A stretch of DNA of 63,873 bases, filler included, from Octopus bimaculoides (Eukaryota): NCBI RefSeq assembly GCF_001194135.2. It is 6 parts of 6 records of this genome, joined end to end, with 100 filler letters (N's around TTAATTAATTAA, not from the genome) between each part and the next. Parts side by side here need not be neighbours in the genome. Positions count along the whole stretch, not along the records: positions 46,624 to 52,314 come from NC_068997.1; positions 52,415 to 60,882 come from NC_068986.1; 4 more parts are not named here. One strand, 5' to 3'. This document shows, piece by piece, positions 49,810 through 60,982 of the stretch. A program made the translations under genes and the position numbers. A model generated the notes under the pieces. That model worked only from the letters and a program-made list of their open reading frames with translations. It was not told where the DNA came from and did not search any database. Within the stretch, counting starts at the first letter, position 1; every line of letters begins with the position of its first letter.

Positions 49810-51114
49810 NNNNNNNNNNNNNNNNNNNNNNNNNNNNNNNNNNNNNNNNNNNNNNNNNNNNNNNNNNNNNNNNNNNNNNNNNNNNNNNNNNNNNNNNNNN
49901 NNNNNNNNNNNNNNNNNNNNNNNNNNNNNNNNNNNNNNNNNNNNNNNNNNNNNNNNNNNNNNNNNNNNNNNNNNNNNNNNNNNNNNNNNNNNNNNNNNNN
50001 NNNNNNNNNNNNNNNNNNNNNNNNNNNNNNNNNNNNNNNNNNNNNNNNNNNNNNNNNNNNNNNNNNNNNNNNNNNNNNNNNNNNNNNNNNNNNNNNNNNN
50101 NNNNNNNNNNNNNNNNNNNNNNNNNNNNNNNNNNNNNNNNNNNNTATATATATATATATATATGCATACTTACATGCATACATACAGTCGAACGGCTAAA
50201 TAGTCATATCTATATGCATATATGCATGCAAGCTGACATCTGTTCCTCTCTATATATAAACAATCTCATGTGCAATATAGTTCAGAATGCGCTATACAGG
50301 TGAGTGTGTGTGTGTGTATTGTGTTCCTGTATTTATGTATGTGTATATGTACGTTTGTATGTATATGCACACACAGAGACACACGCACACACACCGACAC
50401 GGACACACACACACACACACATGTGTATATAATTATGTGTATGCTGTAACAACGAATCACATGAAAAGAAGATGAATTCTTTCTTTTGATGATTCTTTCT
50501 GAGATGAACTTTTCCTAATGAATATTGAGAAGAAATTTGTTAATGCAATTAATGTAACAATGAATGCTGTATATCTGTATACTGCATAGGAAAGATCACC
50601 ATACATGTGGGGTATGGGATATCTGGCGTGACTGTGTAAGATCAAGGAAGAAGAAGGGAAGAGGAGGTACAAAGAAGAAAGATAGAAAGAATGAAAGATC
50701 GAATGGAAGGAAGGAGGGATGCCAGGTATGGATCAGAACGATGCAACGGAGGGAGGGAGCAGAGAAAGAAAGAAGGAAAGAATGCAAGCAAAGAAAGAAA
50801 GTAAGAAAGAATGTAAGCAAACAAGAATCGGGAACTGGATACTGGAAAGTGTGAGTGTCATCTGATTAGAAACAAAAATAGAGAAACTGAAATAAAAATT
50901 AAATTATGTAAATTAGAATCCGTTAATCATAATGAAATACATGGCAGGTCAATAAGACCGGAATGAGAGAGTGAGAATGTTGCATATGAATTAATACAGG
51001 GAGCAGATTTCTATGCTTATCATTATGTGCTTGTAAATATGTGAGTATTATATATGTGTATATATGTATGTGTGTGTGTGTCTGTATGTATTTGTGTGTA
51101 AAAGAGAAAGATAG

Positions 51115-51161
<47 letters not shown>

Positions 51162-51706
51162 GAGAAAGAGAGAGGGTGAGGGAGGGAGAGAGAAAAGAAA
51201 GAGACAGAGAGAGACAAGGAGAAAGAGGAAAGAGAACAGGAGTGTATGGTGCATGATGGTCTGAGGAAGAAAAACGACGGATCAGTGTAGGCGGGAGGAA
51301 AGGTTAATGTAGGATGAGGAAGCAAAGAAAACAGAAGGAGAATCTTAAATAAAGTCTGTTCATCATTATTCTTTGCCAAATTGAACATCTCGGCTCACCT
51401 ATGTCTTGCCCTCAAGCACAAACTGCATTTTCATTAAGATTTGATGTACTTGATTGGCAGGGCGTGACCCAAAGATGGCTTCAGGTGTTATTTTTCATCT
51501 ATCTCAATGTGAGACTGCAAGTATTAATGTGATCGGGCAAACATTAAAGAGACGATCATGTTGCAAGTAAATGAAGCGTAATCAGGGAGAGAAATATGTT
51601 CTATATACACATTTCTTTCCTCTTCTTTCTCTTTTCTCTCCTTCCTTTAAATTCTTCTTTCTTTCTTACCTTGTCGCTATCATTATCACTGTCGCTGGTG
51701 TTGTTG

Positions 51707-51779
<73 letters not shown>

Positions 51780-51816
51780 CATTATTATTATTATTATTAT
51801 TATTATCATTATTATT

Positions 51817-52314
51817 TCAATACTCTTATTTTTATTGTACGCTTTCACTATACTACAGAGCGCAGCTTCATCGACCTTGGGCATGGGCAGAGGTATATTT
51901 TCGATTTTGTTTTTGTATTTACTATTACATTTTCTCTATTAAAGCAATGTGTGAGATGCCAACTAGTACTATTTCTTGTGTAATTTCCACATTTGTTGTC
52001 TTGGCGTTTTCATGCTTATAAAATCATTCCTAAGAGACCTATTACTATAGGGATTTTTTTCAGACTGTACATAAAGAGTATCTCTGTTGCCAGATCTTTA
52101 TTATTGGACATCCCTTCCTTTTCTTTTAGAAATTCACTATCGTCTGTCGCAAATGAAATTTATATTAGAAAGAACTTTGCTAGTGGTCCTTCACAACACT
52201 ATCTCGCTGATTTGTCTCATCTTTTTGTCCACGTAGATTGTCATATCTTACTGGATATCTCATCATCATTTTTGGGTCATCTTCTAATAGATGATTATGC
52301 GACACCTTTTCTCC
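51817..52314 (-). mobile_element. R4/Dong-type RLE LINE 3' end, old copy, ending on (TAA)n at 51710-51816
   Basis: Degenerate minus-strand translation: DMTIYVD...NQRDSVVKDH (RPDIVVKD-like), LKEKE..S..KDLATEI, KIPIVIGLLGMI, QEIVLVGISHI. A short 3' UTR then runs directly into the AAT repeat. Confidence 0.65.
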
Positions 52315-52677
52315 NNNNNNNNNNNNNNNNNNNNNNNNNNNNNNNNNNNNNNNNNNNNTTAATTAATTAANNNNNNNNNNNNNNNNNNNNNNNNNNNNNN
52401 NNNNNNNNNNNNNNGTGTAATCTTTTTATTATATTTATCTTATGATACTTACTTTACTTTATATTATACTCATTTATTGTGCTTTTAATTAATATTTTTC
52501 TATATGTGATAGTGGATTTTCATCGATGAGTTCTTGAAACTTGGTTATTTTCCCTAAAACTATATATTTTATATATATTTTATCTATAAAGCTCAATTTA
52601 ATTTTAATTTTAATTTTTTATAAATTGATTTTAATTGAGTTTTTACCTGTAATTTTGGATTTTGTCCTTAATATTAT

Positions 52678-52716
<39 letters not shown>

Positions 52717-53237
52717 TTACATGTGTTCGCGTATGTTCGTGTGCGCACATGCGCATGTTGTGTCTGTGCGTGTATATGACTAACATCACATCACAACTCC
52801 AGTACAATTTTGATATACGGAAGTATATGTAAATACTTTACAATGTTATTGTGCAATGCAGCTGAAGAGATTCTCGTCCCAAGTCCTCGGTCTGTCGTGT
52901 GTGTGTGCGTGAGTGAGAGAGAGACAGACAAGATCAGGGAGACAGGGTGTAAGGGTGAGAGAGATGAAGGGGGAGAGAAAAGAAAGAAAGAAAAATAAGC
53001 TCATTGCTTTCGAAATGTAGATAGATCTACTGATCAAACGACATAACTATATCAGGTAACCAATTGTAAAAAGCAGACGTCATGCAAACCAACAAGAAAA
53101 CAATATTAATTTGCTTGTCTCTTACTGACATTTTTATGAAATGTTTGTTACGTTTATAAGTTCAGTTTGCTTTTGCATGCTTTGATTGTTTTTTTGTTAT
53201 ACATTTAACAAATTTCAGGCCTTGTGCTTTTATTAGA

Positions 53238-53294
<57 letters not shown>

Positions 53295-53302
53295 ATTGAA
53301 AA

Positions 53303-53520
53303 AATGGCTGGATCGTTAGCACGCTGGACGAAATGCTTAGCGGTATTTCATCTGCCTCTACGTTCTGAGTTCAAATTCCTCCGAGGTCGATTATGCTTTT
53401 CATCCTTTCGGGGTCGATTAAGTATCAGTTATGCCCTGGGGTCGATGTAATCGGCTTAAACCCCTTCCCCAAAATTTGAGGCCTTGTGCTCCCAGTAGAA
53501 AGGATTATTATTATTATTAT
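53303..53520 (+). mobile_element. Nin-domain-type SINE (family B, GTAGAAAGG(ATT)n tail)
   Basis: CGTTAGCACGCTGGACGAAATGCTTAGC...TGAGTTCAAATTCC...TTTCATCCTTTCGGGGTCGAT...CTGGGGTCGAT. Confidence 0.85.
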
Positions 53521-53521
53521 T

Positions 53522-53896
53522 TTATGCTTGACTTTTGTTTTGCATTTGTACAAGTTGGATCCAAGTCTCACCCAGAGACCTCAAGAGACAACAAGTTAGA
53601 AGTTCATGTAGGTGTTATGCCTAGGGTACCATATATTTGCATTTGTACAGTTTTGTTCAAGTGAATGTTTAAGAAACCATAAGAAAATTATGTGTTTGCT
53701 TTAAAATTTGAGATCACATAGACAGTATTTTACGCAAGATATGGGCAGTTCCCATGAGCACTATCTTTTGAACTTCAGCCATTTTGGGGTTTCCTGGAAT
53801 CTGATCTAGGTAGTAATCAGCCCGTTTCGCTGTCATTCCCAGGGCACCTATGACAATAGGTATTGTTTTCATCTTCAGATTCCACATTTTGCTAAT
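53522..53896 (-). mobile_element. R4/Dong-type RLE LINE, short 3' fragment flanked by (TAA)n on both sides
   Basis: 53714-53896 (-) encodes ISKMWNLKMKTIPIVIGALGMTAKRADYYLDQIPGNPKMAEVQKIVLMGTAHILRKILSM*, the typical RLE-LINE C-terminus. It is absent from the ORF track. Confidence 0.85.
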
Positions 53897-54078
53897 TATT
53901 ATTATTATTATTATTATTATTANNNNNNNNNNNNNNNNNNNNNNNNNNNNNNNNNNNNNNNNNNNNNNNNNNNNNNNNNNNNNNNNNNNNNNNNNNNNNN
54001 NNNNNNNNNNNNNNNNNNNNNNNNNNNNNNNNNNNNNNNNNNNNNNNNNNNNNNNNNNNNNNNNNNNNNNNNNNNNNN

Positions 54079-54112
<34 letters not shown>

Positions 54113-54115
54113 GTA

Positions 54116-54339
54116 AGGCAGCTAGCTGGCAGAATCGTTAGCACGCTGGGTGCAATGCTTAGCAGTATTTCATCTGTCTTTACGTTCTGAGTTCAAATTC
54201 CGCCGAGGTCGACTTTACTTTTCATCCTTTCGGGGCCGATGAATTAAGTACGAGTTAGGCACTGGGGTCGAATCAATCGACTAGTCCGCTCTCTTCCAAA
54301 TTTCAAGTTTTATGCCTTCAGTAGAAAGGATTATTATTA
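54116..54339 (+). mobile_element. Nin-domain-type SINE (family B), full length
   Basis: GGCAGCTAGCTGGCAGAATCGTTAGC...TGAGTTCAAATTCCGCCGAGGTCGAC...GTAGAAAGGATTATTATT. Confidence 0.85.
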
Positions 54340-54342
54340 TGT

Positions 54343-54460
54343 ATAGCGGCGATCTGGCAGAATTGTAAGCATGCCGGGCAATATGCTTAACGGTATTTCT
54401 CCCGTCGTTACGTCCTGAGCTCTAATTCCGCCGAAGTCGACTTTGCCTTTCATCCTAGCA
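54343..54460 (+). mobile_element. Nin-domain-type SINE (family B), 5' half
   Basis: GCGGCGATCTGGCAGAATTG...CCGCCGAAGTCGACTTTGCCTTTCATCCT. Confidence 0.8.
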
Positions 54461-55189
54461 GGGGATACGCTAGCTTGCAAAATAACAGAGAAATCATCAA
54501 GTGAGAGCTTCGGAACAGAGCAGGGACACTTTAGCTCGCCAAGTAACACGCAAAATCCTCAAGTGAGAGCTTCGGGACAAATAAGGAACACTGTAGCTCG
54601 CCGAAAATCAAGACGAGTGCAAGTACAAGTGTAAGATAATGCTTTGGTAAGCATTTCCTTCGCTGAATATGACAATGAACGGATTACAGATTACAATTTG
54701 ATAGCGACTCAAGAAAACTTTATCGAATGTAACATACCGTCATTGTACCGTTCTCACTATCGCCGCAGCTTGGGTGATTCTATATGCCCACATTGTTATT
54801 CGAAGCACGGGCCAGCAAAACCACTTTCCTTCTGTTTTACCAGGATTGACATAAAAGAAACTGCTCTGTAGTTTTCAAGTTCTTAATGTATACTGGAATT
54901 ACCAGCAATTTTGTTTCACAACACTATGTCAAATATTATGTATAGGACATTATGTTTTCCTGCTTTAAGTAATTCGAAACTGATAGAATCAACGTCAAGA
55001 AGTTTACGGTTTTTCATTATTTTTATTGCCTTTCCTATTTCTTCTTTTTCTAACTTCTGAACAAGTAGCATCCGGGACTTTTGACGTGGCTTCCGTGTTG
55101 CTTGGGAATTTGCTAAACATGTTGTTCAGATGTATCTTTCGATCATTCAAGTATGTATGTATGTATGTATGTATGTATGTATGTATGTA

Positions 55190-56055
55190 GTTTTTTTTTC
55201 TTTGAGTTTTATTTAAGTTCTTTTTAAGAGAGTTCCAGCCGGTCGATAACAAAACGACGATACTTCTTTAGTTGAGAGAGTTCTCGGTTTTTCTAAATAT
55301 GTGGTTGAGTTAGTGCGGCCGTTAATGCACACACAAAAGTAGGTTCATCGATTCATCTAAAGAATTTCAGATGGAGAATCTTTTGAATGTCTTACAAATC
55401 TTCAAATATGCTGCTAATAGATTGAATATTGAGAATCCCCGTCTGTTTATTTTGTTCTTTCTTAAAAAAAAAACTAGTATTTCTAGGGTTTTGCGTAAAT
55501 TTGTAGGTACAAATGATGGTAAGTACAAATGACAATTTATGGTTACAAGAACTCTGAATTCTGCATTAATCCACCATAAATGTTCTTTTTTTCTGAACTG
55601 TTGATACATCCCCATCTTCTGAGCAGCTGATCTCTACAGCAGAGCAAGACTTTTGTTCGTTGTCCCAGAGAACAATATCAGGTCTGTTACGCTTGCACGG
55701 AATTGCTATTTTTATTGGAGTGTTCCACTAGCATTCTATGTTTTTAAACGTATGAATGCGTGCTGCTTCTGACATGACTTTGATGTATGTCAGGGCAATC
55801 CTTCGCGCGCATAGCGTTGTAAATAGTCTTTGTAATTATATCATGCTTCAGGGATAGGTAGTATCTCATGAATATTTTGGGGCAGCTGCTGATGATGTGG
55901 GTGATAGCTTTCACACTAGTATAGCAGAGCCGGCATTTTCTAGCACAACGTGGAGTTTTGGTGGTATCATTGTCTCTCTAATTTATCAGGTATTTAGTAG
56001 CTAACTCTTGTTACTCGATAGCAAAGGCAAAACCCTCAAGTCAGGATGGAATGGA
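55190..56055 (-). mobile_element. R4/Dong-type RLE LINE, 3' segment (CCHC knuckle, RLE, 3' UTR), ending on (TACA)n
   Basis: EGFAFAI..QELATKYL, KCRLC...HIISSC (zinc knuckle), NRPDIVLWD...VEISC (PD-(D/E)xK nuclease), LKICKTF. The 3' end GAAAAAAAAAC abuts (TACA)n at 55151-55188. Confidence 0.85.
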
Positions 56056-57609
56056 CAGTCGCCCTCAAAATTATTGATACTTCATGGAAACTAACATTCC
56101 TTTTTAGATTCTTCATTTGTAAAAGCTTTTATGTTGGTACTTCCTGTGTATCTTTTGTCTACTTGTTGCTATGCACAAATCCACATATAAGTTGGCTAAA
56201 CTTCATTTGCATAATAATAGATATGGCCTAAAGTTCTTTTTTGCACATGTTCAGAATTATTCATACCCCTGTTTTCCCTTACTGCAAATATACTAATCTT
56301 TGTCCTATAGTTATTTCCAGAGGAGTATAAGTAGAGTATATACAGAGGAGAAATGTTCTGACCATTTTCAGTTTTCTGATCATCATGGCCAAGAAGAAGG
56401 AGAAGGAAAAGGTTGCAGGGCCATTTCAAAGTAGTATTGATGTCCTTGTTGCAACCGTTCAGAGCATAATCAACAAGCACAAGAGGTTCAACACTGTTAA
56501 AAACCTCAGTGGGCATGACTGGAAGCATAAGGTGTCTCCCAAACTTGCCAAGAAAATTTGCCGAGAGGTCAACAACAACCCCCAGACCACAACCAAGGCC
56601 CTAAATGAAACGCTTGACCATGTATGGACGAAGGTGTCACGGTTCACCATTGAGCGTGTCTTGCACAGAGGAGGCCTACATGGACGTAGGCCTTGGAAGA
56701 CGCTGCTGCTCAGGAAGAAACAGCCAGAGGCTCGCCTCGCCTTTGCTAGAGGTCATCTGAAGCAAGATCCCTTATTTTGGTCAACCATCCTGTGGTCTGA
56801 TGAGACGAAGTTGGACGTATTCACCATATGGATGGTGAATACATCTGGAGGAAGAAAGGAGAAGCATACAAGCCCAAGAACACTGTGCCCACCGTCAAGC
56901 ATGGTGGTGGAAACATAATGCTATAGGCGTGCTTCTCTTCAAATGGCACAGGGAACCTTATCAAGGTTCAAGGAATCATGAGAAAAGAGGATTGCATAAG
57001 GATCCTTGATGAAAACGTGAAGGAATCCACTGAGAAACTCCAATTCGGTCACAACTGGAAGTACCAGCAGGACAATGATCCGAAACATACCACCAAGGTA
57101 GTGAAGAAATGGTTCAAGGACAATGATGTCTACGTCCTAGAATGGCTAAGTCAGAGTCCTGACCTGAATCCGATCGAGAACTTGTGGCGAGACTTGAACA
57201 CCAGAATGATGGTTAGGAAACCGACCAACCTGACCCAGCTCGAGGCTTTCGCCAAGGAAGAGTGAGCCAACATCCCACAGACGACATACAGGAAGCTTGT
57301 GGACATGTACAAGAATCGTCTAGAAGCAGTCATAAAAAAACAAAAGCTATTCTATTGACTATTTCAGAAAGATATTGGACTCAGTAAACCTAGGGTATAA
57401 ATAAATTTGAACATGACATTTTTGGGAAATTAATGAATAAAAAAACCCTGATATGAAGACTTTCTTGAATTGTGTATTGTTGCTATTCTTTCACTTGTTG
57501 CTCACATATAACTCATAAACAAACTTAACAAAAAGCATTCATTTCAGCACAATTTTTTTTTTTTAATCACAAAAATTAACAAGGATACGAATAATTTTGA
57601 GGTCGACAG
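56056..57609 (+). mobile_element. Tc1 (DD34E) DNA transposon with outer and inner terminal direct-repeat motifs
   Basis: Outer inverted motifs at 56056-56080 and 57585-57609 (20/25). Inner inverted motifs at 56246-56268 and 57393-57415 (20/23). Transposase lies between them. The flanking TA copies have decayed to GA and CA. Confidence 0.92.
56385..57358 (+). pseudogene. Tc1 transposase pseudogene
   Basis: WSDETK, TVKHGGGNIML*, QQDNDPKH and SPDLNPIENLW with 34 residues between the second D and E. N-terminal deletion, frameshift near 56820 and two Trp-to-stop changes. Confidence 0.92.
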
Positions 57610-58135
57610 CATCTACTACAGGTCCAAGAGAGGCTACCCTTCCTATCAATGCTGTCGTTATCCTCTAGCTTACGGGATATGTACCTATGCATTGCTTTTT
57701 GCTGGTAGTATGCTTGCTTCTCTTCCAAGCTCCTGTTTAGGTAGGACAGTCCAACCTCCTTTGGGTCAATTGAGACAGTTGCATTCTATGAGTACTTGCT
57801 TAGTAATTCTTCTCCAACTCAGAAGAATGTTGTATGCATGTAATGTACTCATTTCTTTCTTTACTGTTCAGCAAGTGTTGTCTAAGTGATACAGTGCAAC
57901 ATTCTAAGTCTGTTTGAACTGATATTGTGCTTCTACCGCCAACTCTTTGTCTCACATGGATGCTATCTGTATCACTGTTGATGAATAAATTGTTAGCTGT
58001 GATCAGCACCTTTCTAGTTTTGACGTCCAGGCTGCGGATCTTATCAAATATCCGGTCCATTATCCCAAATGTTGGTACCAGCAGCACTACTGCAAAAACA
58101 TTGTGATATATGGTCTTGTTAAATGCAGACGGCTT
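57610..58135 (-). mobile_element. R4/Dong-type RLE LINE, RT C-terminal segment (continuation of 55190-56055)
   Basis: SAFNK...HNVFA...PTFGI, LDVKTRKVL...INSDTDSIHVRQRVGGR, KAMHRYISRKL...IDRKGSLSWT. The 5' truncation point abuts a (GTAT)/(GTAC) tract. Confidence 0.85.
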
Positions 58136-58181
58136 TGTATGTACGTACGTACGTACGTATGTATGTATGTACGTACGTATG

Positions 58182-58296
<115 letters not shown>

Positions 58297-58767
58297 GTGT
58301 GTTTAATGCATATGAATGAAAAGATAACTGTTACTGTCCGTATGTTCTTTATGCTTATTTTTGCCCCTTTTCACAAACTCACATGAAAGTTTGTAACAAT
58401 CGTGTTTGAAATCCTCTTCCCAAAGCTCTATTTTCTCTATTATGTAGATTATTGTTCTTTTACATTTTGACAGCTTTCATGACAGCTGTGTTCGGTTCTT
58501 TGTATCGTTCGACTTCGACAATATCGTCTGCGTTGTTCAAAATTTCTCTTCTGCTATTTTTACCCTCTTCCACAGATCCTCTCTATTAATCATATATAAG
58601 ATCCTTCATTTGTTTTTATTCAGGCTCTCAGGTTAACCACTTCTATTTTTTAATTCAATATTTCTTTGAAAATCTACGTTCTTCGTTCATGTCATCCATT
58701 TCGTGCAATATCAGAGGTGCGAAAGCGACCTCAATCGGTAATTCAAATTTTCGAGCCAGATTTGTGC

Positions 58768-58957
58768 TTTTTATCTTTTACTTGTTTCGTCACTGGACTG
58801 CGGCCATGCTGGGACACTGCTTTGAAGGGTTTAATCGAACAAATCGACCACAGTACTTACGTCATTACAACCTGGTATTATTCTATCGCTCTCATCACTA
58901 AGTGATGAGGAACATAAACAAGCCAGCACCGGTTGCCAAACGGTGGGTGGACACACG
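58768..58957 (-). mobile_element. SINE family A 3' half, diverged
   Basis: TTTTACTTGTTTC.GTCA...GACTGCGGCCATGCTGG...AATCGAACAAATCGACC. Confidence 0.75.
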
Positions 58958-59041
58958 CTCGCGTGCGCACACTCACACACACACATATGAGAGGATGTAA
59001 ACTTTGTTTTAATTTTTCTCCTTTTCTTCTCTTTTTCTCTG

Positions 59042-59076
59042 CCTTCTGACGAAGGATTGAATCCAAAATGTTGGAT
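59042..59076 (+). ncRNA. Decayed hammerhead-like motif of a third repeat family
   Basis: CCUU-CUGACGA-A-GGAU[uga]AUCC-AAAAU-GUU. GAAAC has become AAAAT, explicable by two CpG transitions. Stem I is weak. Confidence 0.45.
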
Positions 59077-59123
59077 ATTCCACTCCTCACGGCAAGTTCA
59101 CTGTACCCCTTTCACTTTTTACC

Positions 59124-59175
<52 letters not shown>

Positions 59176-59190
59176 GGGGGGGGCAAAACG

Positions 59191-59327
59191 GTTTAATTCA
59201 AATTCGTTAGTACTCAGAGTTTCAAGCTTGATGCTAATCTTCAGCCATTTTGAATTTGAAATTCAAAATGGCTGAAGATTAGTATCACACTTAGAATTCT
59301 CAGAGTAGTAACGAATTTGAATCAAAC
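59191..59327. repeat. 137-bp near-perfect palindrome with a 1-nt centre
   Basis: CTAATCTTCAGCCATTTTGAATTT-G-AAATTCAAAATGGCTGAAGATTAG has perfect 24-bp arms, extending imperfectly to about 68 bp. Confidence 0.9.
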
Positions 59328-59419
59328 TATACATGTAACTCCTAATAAATGTGTTGAGTGTCCTTCTTTCATTTATCCACTCACTTGTATATATATACAT
59401 ATACGTACATACACGAACT

Positions 59420-59588
59420 CGACGAGCTTCTTTCAGTTTCCGTCTACCAAATCCACTTACAAGGTGCTTTAGTCGGCCAGTAGCAGCTATAATAGCAGAC
59501 ACCCAAAGTGCCGTGCAATAAAACTGAGCTCAATACCTCATGATGTTTGGGAAGCAAGCTCCTTTACCACTCACTCTCCCCAACGCCT
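59420..59588 (-). mobile_element. SINE family A 5' half, diverged
   Basis: GCTTCTTTCAGTTTCCGTCTACCAAATCCACT...GGGAAGCAAGCT..TTACCAC. Confidence 0.75.
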
Positions 59589-60293
59589 ATTAATTTTATT
59601 TAGATCATGCTATTTTGGACCCTTTACATTTTCTTGTGACCACAAAGTTTGCCATGAAAGCTGACCAGAACCTACTTCAGTTAAGTGGTACACTCTACTG
59701 TTCTTTAAGGAGAGCTTCCAATTTTTCCCGGATATTATGATTTATGACCGAGAATCGGGCTTTTATGTGAGAACCAAATTTTTACTGAGTGGTGCAACAG
59801 GATATTTATTATTGCCAGACGGTTTATTCTACAGAACTGTGAGAATTTCTAGTCTTTACTTGTTTGATTTACCAAGATCATATTTCTCGAGATTATTTGG
59901 TCACTTTTTGAACTAGTCTTCTACTTTAGGTACTTTAGGGTTGAAAATTCCTGTGACCATGGAAATGCTGAGAACTGAATATACTGTGGCAGTTTGTAAG
60001 ACACATTGTAACTGGTAACTAGATATATTGAAGAGGGAGGCGAGATATACCGTGCTTAGAGATTATATACATGCATATATGCAGTTGTATGCATGTTTGT
60101 ATGTATATATACATATATAAAACAAGCACACTAGCTCGCTAAAATCGCTATAAGAGACGAAATCAATATTTGTACTGAGACATGTTTATCGCCGGCCTTA
60201 AACACGGGAGTTCTCTACAAAAAGACGATACTGCTGTTTTAACCCCGACATGACGCCTTCTCCAGCTGGTTATTCAGTGCACTCTGCACTCGT

Positions 60294-60441
60294 TATATAT
60301 TGCAAGTGGGGTGAGAACCCCTTATTACTCCAGCTTCTAGACCACCAGTCGGCGCAGTTTCGACATTATTACGGTCATCCTCGGTGATGGATACTCGTCT
60401 GCTAGACATAGCAGTAGTTCACCCCCAGCTTGCAATATATA
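60294..60441. mobile_element. About 150-bp TA-flanked MITE (Tc1/mariner-type ends)
   Basis: TATATATTGCAAGTGGGGTGA at the left end and TCACCCCCAGCTTGCAATATATA at the right end are inverted repeats. Confidence 0.65.
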
Positions 60442-60518
60442 GAAAATAAATGATACACAGTAACTGATCTTGCAACAAACAAACTAGAACGTTAAGATTA
60501 TTATATATATATATCAAT

Positions 60519-60750
60519 ATCTATAAAACAGATGTTTGTGTGTGTGTGTGTATGTGAATGTGGTTTATGCACGTCCACAAATTAGCACGCATATCGCTCC
60601 AATTTTAGGAGAAGATTCGGAATGACCCTATGTGTATTTTAGTGAACTTTCTCTCTCAGAGGTACCCGCGTATACCTGTAAAAATCGATAAACTTTTACC
60701 AATTTTGAAGTTTGTTGACATGGCGAAGTCAAATCTGTGCGTACGCGCTG

Positions 60751-60760
<10 letters not shown>
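60519..60760 (+). mobile_element. Possible non-autonomous Helitron 5' end
   Basis: A|TCTATAAAA start followed by (TG)n and ATGCACG.CCA.A, a layout recalled from invertebrate non-autonomous Helitrons. No hairpin-CTAG 3' end was found. Confidence 0.25.
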
Positions 60761-60781
<21 letters not shown>

Positions 60782-60982
60782 AATTGTATATTTGTGAGAG
60801 GGAGGGTGAAGGAGAGATACATTTCTTTGCCAGCGTCTGTGTGGTAAGCAACAATCAAACAGAAAAAATACCCTCTCTCTCTNNNNNNNNNNNNNNNNNN
60901 NNNNNNNNNNNNNNNNNNNNNNNNNNTTAATTAATTAANNNNNNNNNNNNNNNNNNNNNNNNNNNNNNNNNNNNNNNNNNNN

